Source: Heteronotia binoei (lineage: Eukaryota). From it: a stretch of DNA of 64,000 nucleotides. The stretch's first letter is position 1. Every line of letters starts with the position of its first letter. Position numbers and translations under genes: made by a program. Positions 10,040-19,299 of this stretch are shown here, piece after piece. The DNA lies in contig NC_083239.1 in NCBI RefSeq assembly GCF_032191835.1, forward strand, positions 1,612,001-1,676,000, read 5' to 3'. The notes beneath the pieces were generated by a model. That model was given only the letters and a program-made list of their open reading frames with translations. It was not told the DNA's origin and did not search any database.

Positions 10040-10760
10040 TAACAGGTTAGTGCCCGCAGCAAAAGCAATTCCAACGCGGCGGATTTAAAGGCCCGGGCGG
10101 AAAGGCCCTCCTCGCACCCCGTAGAGGCCCCGCCCTGCGGCCCCTTCCGCCTCCCTTGGCAACCGCAGCATTGGGTCGCCCCTCGTTAGGACCCCGCGCG
10201 CCACGTGGGGCTGTCCCCGGCAACGCCTGACGACAGTGCTTCCCGTACGCCTCAGAACGCGGCCCAAGCGGGCGGTCAAACCGTCGCCCGCTGAACCCGA
10301 ACCTTTGCGGCCTCTCCGCGCCTTCGTCCCCAGCAGAGCGGCGAGGCCCCGCGGGGGGGCTGCGGGCGCTTCCGAGCAGGCGTCGTCGAGGGCAGCTTGG
10401 GGGGCGGGGTCCTCGTCCTGAGGGGCGGGGCGGGGGGGAGGAGAGGAGAGGCTGGCTGAGCCGGGACCGTTGTGGATGGCAGGCCGAGGTAACCCTCCTC
10501 TCCCGCGGCCGGGGCTGGGGCTGGGGCGGGCCTAGTCGGGGCGGAGGCCTCGGGGCGCCTCCGAGGGGACCGGGGGAGGGAGGGAGGGAGGCGCCACCTG
10601 TTGCCCCCCCCCCGCGAGGCCTACCTGGGAGGAGCAGCTGGGAGGGGCCGGGGGCTCCTCCGTGGGGACTCCCGAGTGTGGCTCTGCAGGGGCGCTGGTG
10701 TGGCTGCTGTTTGGGGGCAGCGTTGCTTCTCTGTACGTGGGCCTCCACTCAAAAGCGGGC
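10040..10760. promoter_or_regulatory. CpG island / UPF2 promoter
   Basis: CpG-dense, GC-box-rich stretch about 12 kb upstream of UPF2 exon 2, oriented divergently from DHTKD1. Confidence 0.8.
10300..10488 (+). other. UPF2: Putative non-coding exon 1 of UPF2 (5' boundary approximate)
   Basis: Donor-like GAG|GTAACC at 10489 inside the CpG island; exon 2 starts only 18 nt before the ATG, so an upstream exon is required. TSS not determinable. Confidence 0.55.
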
Positions 10761-10865
10761 TGTGTGACCTGTGGAAGGCAATCCCAGGCGCTTCTGTTGT
10801 GTTGCTTCGTGTATGTTGCTCTCTTTTTTAAGGGTCCCCCCCTCATGTAAAGTAAACTTGGACTT

Positions 10866-12418
10866 GGGGAGGGAGGGTGCCTCAGTGGCAGAGCATCTGC
10901 TTGGGAAGCAGAAGGTCCCAGGTTCAATCCCCAGCATCTCCAAAAAAGGGTCCGGGCAAAGAGGCGTGAAAAACCTCAGCTGGAGAGCCATGAATGGGGC
11001 TGTGGCTCAGTGGTAGAGCATCTGCTTGGGAAGCAGAAGGTCCCAGGTTCAATCCCTGGCATCTCCAAAAAAGGGTCCAGGCAAAGAGGTGTGAAACACC
11101 TCAGCTGGAGACCCTGGAGAGCAGGGGAGGGACAGTGGCTCCAGTGGTAGAGCATCTGCTTGGGAAGCTGAAGGTCCCAGGTTCAATCCCTGGCATCTCC
11201 CACTAAAAAGGGTCCAGGCAAAGAGGTGTGAAAAACCTCAGCTTGAGACCCTGGAGAGCCATGAAGGGGGCTGTGGCTCAATGGTAAAGCATGTGCTTGG
11301 GAAGCAGAAGGTCCCAGGTTCAATCCCTGGCATCTCCAACTAAAAAGGGTCCAGGCAAATAGGTGTGAAAAACCTCAGCTTGAGACTCTGAAGAGCTGCT
11401 GCCAGTCTGAGAAGACAATCCTGACTTTGATGGACCAAGTGTTTGATTCAGTATAAGGCAGCTTCATATGTTCATATGTTTGGGGAGGGATGGTAGAGCA
11501 GTGGCTCAGTGGTAGAGCATTTACTTGGGAAGCAGAAGGTCCCAGGTTCAATCCCCGGCATCGCCAACCAAAAAGGGTCCAGGCAAATAGGTGTGAAAAA
11601 CCTCTGCTTGAGACCCTGGAGAGCGGTTGCCAGTCTGAGAAGACAATACTGACTTTGATGGAGCAAGGGTCTGATTCAGTATAAGGCAGCTTCATATGTT
11701 CATATGTTTGGGGAGGGATGGTGGCTCAGTGGTAGAGCATCTGCTTGGTAAGCAGAAGGTCCCAGGTTCAAACCCCGGCATCTCCCACTAAAAAGGGTCC
11801 AGGCAAGTAGGTGTGAAAAACCTCAGCTTGAGACCCTGGAGAGCCATGAATGGGGCTGTGGCTGAGCAGCAGAGCATCTGCTTGGGAAGCTGAAGGTCCC
11901 AGGTTCAATCCCCGGCATCTCCCACTAAAAAGGGTCCAGGCAAGTAGGCGTGAAAAACCTCAGCTTGAGACCCTGGAGAGCCATGAATGGGGCTGTGGCT
12001 CAGTGGTAGAGCATCTGCTTGGTAAGCAGGAGGTCCCAGGTTCAATCCCCGGTATCCAACTAAAAAGTGTCCAGGCAAGCAGGCGTGAAAAACCTCAGCT
12101 GGAGACCCTGGAGAGCCGCTGCCAGTCTGAGTAGACAAGGCTGACTTTGATGGACCCAGGAGGGTCTGATTCAGTAGAAGGCAGCTTCATATGTTTGGGG
12201 AGGGACGGTGGCTCAGTGGTAGAGCATCTGCTTGGGAAGCAGAAGGTCCCAGGTTCAATCCCCGGCATCTCCAACTCAAAAGGATCCAGGCAAATAGGTG
12301 TGAAAAACCTCAGCTGGAGACCCTGGAGAGCCGCTGCCAGTCTGAGTAGACAATACTGACTTTGATGGACCCAGGAGGGTCTGATTCAGTAGAAGGCAGC
12401 TTCATATGTCCATATGAA
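10866..12418 (+). mobile_element. Tandem array of nine Squam2-like SINE units at the start of UPF2 intron 1
   Basis: Nine heads with A/B boxes; four units have full CATATG tails and five are truncated at ...CTGGAGAG. Confidence 0.9.
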
Positions 12419-13218
12419 CTTGCGGGTCTTGATAACAAAAATGATGGGTGTCGCCACATTGGCTCCGTAACTGCATGGTTTTTCTTTTTTAGATTTTTCT
12501 TATCTCAGAGAAGGTGACCTTTCTGTAGCTGTGGAGGAACGTACTTTTTTTTATTTTGGTTTTCCCTGTAGTTCTTGACGATGCTGATCCTTCTGTGTGT
12601 TCTCTGTCTGTGCTGCTGTGCTCATTAAGGCTCTCGAGCTTCCTGATTCTTGCTTTCTTCAAGCTTGGTGAGTTGTCAGTGGCCTCCTCTTTTAGGAATG
12701 ACTGGAGTGCTTTATTTTACAGCGACGGCTTGCTTGAGAGTAATTTTCATTCAGCATTACAGGGTCGATGGTTTTCAGTGAAGCAGCATCAGTAGTATTG
12801 AGTTACAAAAGGTTTTGGGTGTTTTTTTGTGTGTTAGGCTTGCATAGAACAATTGTGTCAGTTTTCTTATGCCAGTAGCAGCCAACTTTTTGTCAAATGC
12901 CACACAGGAATTCAGATGACTTGATAATGGCCTTCTAGTATTCGTTATACTTTATGAAGTTGCATTGCTTGGGATGATTTTGCCTTTAGTTCGCTGAGCT
13001 ATGGAGCAGTGTGTGAAAAGCAGACAGGCTTGGACTGATCTTGCAGTTAGGCTTACAGACTTTCTGCTCCAGACCAGAGGTGGCACAGATTCTGTTGTCT
13101 TTAGCCATTTATTTATTTAAATACTTCATTTATACCCCACCTTTTCTCCCCAATAGAGCTCCGAAGTGACTTACATCATTCTTCCTCTTAGCTTATGCAG
13201 TAAAAACACACACTATGT

Positions 13219-13849
13219 CAGGGGTGTCAAACATGCAACTCAGGGGGCAAATCAGGCCCCCAGAGGGCTCCTGTCAGCCCCCCCCCGAGTAACTGGCTGT
13301 CATCTGCTTCCTTCTCCTTATCTCTTGCTTCCTTCTGTATAACAGCCTGCTTTGCAAGGCTTGCTCAATTGCACAGGAGCTACAGAACAAAACCTCTGTT
13401 TTCTCCATTGACTGAGGTTCTTCCCTTGGGGAGGAAGGGGGGGGGAGGCAGAGCTTATTTTTCCAGGCTCTCTCAATCACACAGCAGAGCTACTGAGCCA
13501 AGCCTCTCTTCCTTCTATTAGCTGAGGCTCCTCCCCCACCAGTCCCCTGGGGAAGGAAGGAAAAAGCTAGAGCTTCCTTTGCCAAGTTCCCTCGATCCCA
13601 TAGGAAAAATACAAAGAAAGAACCTTTAAAACCAACGAGTGCTAATGTTTCAAGCATGTTTTAAATTTTTTTTTTTTTAAAAAAACCCATTTAATTGTGT
13701 TTTTCTGTGTCCTTTATAAAGTTTATATCTCTGCTACCTAATCTAAAATAGGAACACACATGGCCCAGCACAACCCGATATGGTCCGGCCCAACGAGGTC
13801 TCATTTATGTCAGATCCAGCCCTCATAACAAATGAGTTCGACACCCCTG
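13219..13849. mobile_element. Non-autonomous hAT element (CAGGGGTGTCAAAC termini)
   Basis: TIR CAGGGGTGTCAAAC / GTTCGACACCCCTG; flanks CACTATGT and CACTACAT are both derivable from CACTACGT by CpG decay. Confidence 0.85.
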
Positions 13850-14245
13850 CACTACATATTTAGAGTGCTTCAGATTAAATTTTCAAATGGCAGGGTACTG
13901 AAAATCGTGTTAGGTTACTGCAATGTGAATTGTTAAGAGTTCCGCACTGCAGTGGTAGCACCTAAATGTGTGATGTTATGATGTGAAAGAAGGATCTTCG
14001 TGGGACTCGGGCTTTGGCACGTTTTCTTCAGTTTTATGAGCTGCCCCAAAAATTCAGGAGCTTGACTTATTTTTAGCCTTTAGAGTTTTATATTTCAATG
14101 ACTACACTTCCTTATTATCGCTACAAACCCCAATCTTAAACTCTTTACAGTTTTTTGTCTTTTTAAAAAGTTACATTGAAAGTATTGTTGCATATGAATT
14201 ATTACAGGGAAATCTGATAGTCGTGACAAAAAGCTAACCTTTTTA

Positions 14246-14423
14246 CTTAAGAACTTAAGAGAAGCCATGTTGGATGAAGCCAGTGGCCTATCCAGTCCAA
14301 GACTCTGTGTCACACAGTGGCCAAAAAAAAAAAATTATACACACACACACACATGCATACACATACTATGGCTAATAGCCAGTGATGGACCTCTGCTCCA
14401 TATTTTTATCCAATCCCCTCTTG
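14246..14423 (-). mobile_element. CR1 LINE 3' end (short, minus strand)
   Basis: Reverse complement of CAAGAGGGGATTGGATAAAAATATGGAGC...GGCTTCTCTTAAGTTCTT. Confidence 0.85.
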
Positions 14424-15004
14424 TTCCAAACCTTTAATCATTCTAGTTGCCCTTTTCTGCACTTTTTCCAGTGCTATAATATCCTTTTTGAGGTGGGGTG
14501 ACCAGAACTGCACACAGTATTCCAAATGAGACCACACCATCGATTTATACAGGGGCATTATGATACTGGCTGATTTGTTGTCAGTTCCCTTCCTAATAAT
14601 TCCCAGCATGGCGTTGACCTTTTTTATTGCAATCGCACACTGGGTGTTTTCGCACAGGGCTTACCCCGGAGCGACGTCCCTCTTCACCGCGCAGCGTCTG
14701 CGCGGATTTCGCACCAACTGCTCCGCAGAACCCGGAAGAGCCGCAAAGTCCCGCAGCTTTTGCGTCGCAAATGTAAACTGGTTTTTGGCGGTTTACATTT
14801 GCGACGCAAAAGCCGCGGGACTTTGCGGCTCTTCCGGGTTCTGCGGAGCAGTTGGTGCGAAATCCGCGCAGACGCTGCGCGGTGAAGAGGGACGTCGCTC
14901 CGGGGTAAGCCCTGTGCGAAAACGCCCATTGTCTTGACATTTTCAGTGAGTTATCTACCACGACCCCAAGATCTCTCTCTCGGTCAGTCTCTGCCAGTTC
15001 ACAG
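14424..15004 (-). mobile_element. CR1 RT segment, inverted relative to the adjacent plus-strand CR1; interrupted by a MITE
   Basis: MLGIIRKGTDNKSASIIMPLYKSMVWSHLEYCVQFWSPHLKKDIIALEKVQKRATRMIKGLE is the CR1 ORF2 C-terminal signature. Confidence 0.9.
14642..14927. mobile_element. Near-perfect palindromic MITE (GGG...CCC termini)
   Basis: 137-bp arms (14642-14778 / 14791-14927) with two mismatches seen, a 12-nt spacer, CpG-rich; inserted into CR1 with flanks ACT / ATT. Confidence 0.88.
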
Positions 15005-15438
15005 TTTGGAACACTTTCCCTATGAAGAAAGATTAAAACGCTTGGGGCTCTTTAGCTTGGAGAAATGTCGACTGCGGGGTGACATGATATAGGTTTACAA
15101 GATTATGCACAGGATGGAGAAAGTAGAGAAAGAAGTACTTTTCTCCCTTTCTCACAATACAAGAACTTGTGGGCATTCGATGAAATTGCTGAGCAGTCGG
15201 GTTAAAATGGATAAAAGGAAGTACTTCTTCACCCAAAGGGTGATTTACATGTGGAATTCACTGCCACAGGAGGTGGTGGCAGCTACAAGCATAGCCAGCT
15301 TCAAGAGGGGGTTAGATAAAAATATGGAGCAGAGGTCCATCAGTGGCTATTAGCCACAGTGTGTATATATATGTATATGTGTATATACATGTATATGTGT
15401 GTGTGTGTGTGTGTGTATATAATTTTTTTGGCCACTGT
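15005..15438 (+). mobile_element. CR1 LINE 3' portion
   Basis: [19 protein letters not shown]...TRTCGHSMKL...KRKYFFTQRVI..WNSLPQEVV..TSIASFKRGLDK, then the 3' UTR with a (TG)n/(TA)n tract. Confidence 0.92.
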
Positions 15439-15974
15439 GTGACACAGAGTGTTGGACTGGATGGGCCATTGGCCTGATCCAACAGGGCTTCTCTTATGTT
15501 CTTATGTGACACAGAGTGTTGGACTGGAGGGACCATTGGCCTGATCCAACAGGGCTTCTCTTATGTTCTTATGTGACACAGAGTGTTGGACTGGAGGGGC
15601 CATTGGCCTGATCCAACAGGGCTTCTCTCATGTTCTTATGTGACACAGAGTGTTGGACTGGATGGGCCACTGGCCTGATCCAACAGGGTTTCTCTGATGT
15701 TCTTATGTGACACAGAGTGTTGGACTGGATGGGCCATTGGCCTGATCCAACAGGGCTTCTCTTATGTTCTTATGTGACACAGAGTGTTGGACTGGAGGGG
15801 CCATTGGCCTGATCCAACAGGGCTTCTCTCATGTTCTTATGTGACACAGAGTGTTGGACTGGATGGGCCACTGGCCTGATCCAACAGGGTTTCTCTGATG
15901 TTCTTATGTGACACAGAGTGTTGGACTGGATGGGCCATTGGCCTGATGCAACATGGCTTCTCTTAAGTTCTTAT
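15439..15974 (+). repeat. Eight tandem copies of the 67-bp CR1 3' terminus
   Basis: Units start at 15439, 15506, 15573, 15640, 15707, 15774, 15841 and 15908 (GTGACACAGAGTGTTGGACTGG...TATGTTCTTAT). Confidence 0.95.
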
Positions 15975-17134
15975 GTTTTTTTGTAAGAGCAGACATGGTT
16001 TTAAATGGTTTTTCCTCAGCTGTTCCTCAGGTAGCTTCTGTACGGTTGAACCTGATTTTACACCATTAATGCTAGGTAATTTCTGTTTTAAAATTCAGAA
16101 CTCATTACAAGCATATATATTTTATCGGCATAGGATGAAGTCATAATGTCTATACATAACTTGTTCATAATGTGAAAAGGAATTTATATTGACATCTGTG
16201 AAATTGAACAAGAGTATTGAAATACGGTAGGCAAAAGTAGTTTTTACCCTAAAAGGGAGATTATACAAAGAGATTTACTGACATTTCCTTAAATGTTTGT
16301 GTGTTTTCTTCAGTTATATCAATACTTGAGTATCCTTGAAGATAATGATTATATAAATATATATACGTGTGCGTGTGTGTGTGTGTATTTGATAGTTATA
16401 TATGTAATTCTCATGAATATTATGGATAAAAGGCTGTAAGTATTCAGCATTACTGTAAGGTTTTGTCCAGGTTCAATCCCAAGGCTCCTTAGGATGGTTC
16501 AAAAGCAGCTTTAATGATGAGGCTCAAAGTAAATATTAACGGCATGCAGGTCTTGCCAGACTCAAGTGAATTGGCAGATGCTTAACACTTATAGGCTGCA
16601 ACATAACAGCTCTACTTTTCTCACACTTGCTAAAAGCCTTTTAAATTCATATAATGTCTTTCCCCATGCCTCTGTTTTGTTTCTTGTCAAGGTCACAGTC
16701 CACATACCTTTCCCCATTTCAGTTGGTTCTTACCCAGGGAGACAAGATTAGCATTGTCTTCCCGTGCTCTTCTTCCACCTGCAGGCCTGGAACATCCCAC
16801 AGCACCCAAAATACTAAATAGCTAGAAAGATCAATGGGGTTAGTATTCATGGATACAGTCATAGTATGGAGTTCGTAAATCATATAAATGCATGATAATA
16901 ATGGATCATCAGCGAGCAAGGATAATAATGCCAGCAAAGCAGTGGTGTCATCTCAAGCTATCACTGTTCCTGACAATTACTCTTGTTTACAAATTATTTT
17001 CAACACTATGTTTGTCATTCTTTAAATGTCTCTGTAACAATATTTAAGCAAGATGTCAGCAACTATTAATTCATGTTACTCTTTGCCCCCACAGATGGAA
17101 GAAAGAGACAGACACAAAAGGTTGGGTAAACTAT

Positions 17135-17432
17135 AAGAGCCCCGTGGCGCGGAGTGTTAAAGCTGCAGTACTGCAGTCCTAAGCTCTGCTCACGACCTGA
17201 GTTCGATCCCCGGCGGAAGCTGGGTTTTCAGGTAGCCTGCTCGAGGTTGGCTCAGCCTTCCATCCTTCCGAGATCAGTAAAATGAGTACCCAGCTTACTG
17301 GGGGGAAAGTGTAGATGACTGGGGAAGGCAATGGCAAACCACCCCGTAAAAAGTCTGCCGTGAAAACGTTGTGAAAGCAAGTCACCCCAGAGTCGGAAAC
17401 GACTGGTGCTTGCACAGGGGACCTTTCCTTTT
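17135..17432 (+). mobile_element. Sauria SINE (Squam1), full length
   Basis: GAGCCCCGTGGCGCGGAGTG...GAGTTCGATCCC head and BovB-like tail GGGGAAGGCAATGGCAAACCAC...TGCACAGGGGACCTTTCCTTT. Confidence 0.88.
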
Positions 17433-17485
17433 CAAACTAAGGGCCACTTTATTTAGTTAACTAATTAAACAGCAAGGGCAATAAC

Positions 17486-18440
17486 CAGGGCCAGCCCTTG
17501 GGTGCATGGCACCCTAGGCAGACTGACTGCCCGCCACTCCCCTCCATGGCACTGTGAAGAAGAAGAAGAAGATGATGATATTGGATTTATATCCCGCCCT
17601 CCACTCCGAAGAGTCTCAGAGCGGCTCACAATCTCCTTTACCTTCCTCCCCCACAACAGACACCCTGTGAGGTGGGTGGGGCTGGAGAGGGCTCTCACAG
17701 CACCTGCCCTGTCAAGGACAACCTCTGCCAGAGCTATGGCTGACCCAAGGCCATGCTAGCAGGTGCAAGTGGAGTGGGGAATCAAACCCAGTTCTCCCAG
17801 ATAAGAGTCCGCACACTTAACCACTACACCAAACTGGCTCTCCAAACTGTGCCCTGCCACCCCCCTCCACGAAGCCTCCTCTTCCTCCCTCCGTTCCCAG
17901 GAAGGGGCAGTGGAGTGCCACGCTTCCCAGGCTCTTTAAAGGCCCCCCTGCTGATCAGCTGATTGGCGGGTAAAATGCTGCCCCATTTTCTCCCTCCCTT
18001 CCCTTCTGTGGTACCGTGCCACACACTGCTAGGATTTGCCCTACCTGCTAAGACGTGGCCCGGGCATCTCAGCGTCTTCTTTGAAGATAGCACTGGATGA
18101 CACTTCTCTCCCTCTCCTTTCCAGAACCGGAAGTGAGGGGGGAGCGAAGCCTCGTCCAGCGCTCTCTTAAAACGTTGATATGCCCAGGCTGCGTCTAAGT
18201 GGGTAGGGCAGATTCTAGCGGCACTCCTCTGAGTGTGCAGGGTGGGCGGCGGAGCGGGCCCACAGAACAGGAGGGGGGAGGTGACGGTGAAGCGAGGCAA
18301 TGACCATGGTATCGTCGGCGTGGGGGGAGGTAAACTAGGCATTTGTCTTGGGTGCAGGGAGCGGGGAGAGCACAATTCAGCACCCCCCTCCCACCACCCT
18401 AGGTAAGTGCCTAGTTTGTCTAGTGGGCGAGCCAGCCCTG
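17486..18440. mobile_element. Non-autonomous hAT (Tip100-like) element with nested Squam3-like SINE (17556-17839)
   Basis: Termini CAGGGCCAGCCC / GCCAGCCCTG, exact 8-bp TSD GCAATAAC. Confidence 0.82.
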
Positions 18441-19038
18441 GCAATAACATAACAAGGGCCAGGGTCAAAACATGCTCTCCCCTGCTCCATGATGGATGAG
18501 CCACCTCTGCCCTTAGGTGGAGCCATCCGTAAATGGTTCATACCCACCAGGCACAGCAAAGTGGGAATGCCCTGGAGTTCCAACCCCCGGCTGCATGGCT
18601 GAAGGGGAGGGTCGATCCAGTCAATCCCCAGGCAGTCTGCCACCTGACTCAACCAGTAATTCATGTTACTCTTTCTGTCCTTAACTATTTTTGCTCAGTA
18701 TTTTGATGTTTATGCTGGTAATCAGAAAGATTGTGACAAAATCCTTTTTTTTTTGTCTGTCCTTTAAAAAAAAAAGCCATTAAGATTTTTCTAGCCTAAG
18801 ACGAAACCTTTACTTCCTATATTTCTGATAAGATTTTGTTCCCCTTCCATTAAACATAGATGAGTAGGCAAGGGAGAGTAGGCAAGGTCATGGAGGATAG
18901 GTCTATTAGCAGTTACTAGACACGATGACGAAAGCAGCTTTCACATTCAGAGGCATTAAACTTCTCAATACCATTGCCAGAAGGTAACTTCAGAGAAATG
19001 CCTTTACCTCTACAGCCTTTTGCTGGCCATCCAGAGAT

Positions 19039-19224
19039 CAGGGGTGGCCAAACTGTGGCTCTCAAAGCCCCAACTACCCTGTCAGTCAGCTTGGAGAATG
19101 TATTTAAGGTTGCTTTCTTTCCACCTCTCCCTCCTTCCTCCATCTATTTTCCTTCCTTCCTTCTTTCAGACATCTGCCGTTTATTCTATGTGGCTCTTAC
19201 GTTAAGCAAGCTTGGCCACCCCTG
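19039..19224. mobile_element. Short hAT-type MITE
   Basis: TIRs CAGGGGTGGCCAAAC / CTTGGCCACCCCTG; TSD not clearly preserved. Confidence 0.7.
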
Positions 19225-19299
19225 GGCTAGATAGAACACCGGTCCTGCTGCAGCAGGGCTCCTTTTATGTTCTCTTGTACTTGGAAACCTTTTCTGTCT

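Noticed and set aside
10866-12418. tRNA gene cluster
   Set aside because: A/B boxes are present, but each head runs into a SINE body and CR1-like tail with no proper acceptor stem; these are tRNA-derived SINEs.
15439-15974. CRISPR-like regular repeats
   Set aside because: These are spacer-less tandem copies of the CR1 3' terminus.
16030-16075. Possible micro-exon (CTCAG...CTAG|GTAATT) in UPF2 intron 1
   Set aside because: Splice-like words of this strength are common by chance and there is no supporting evidence.
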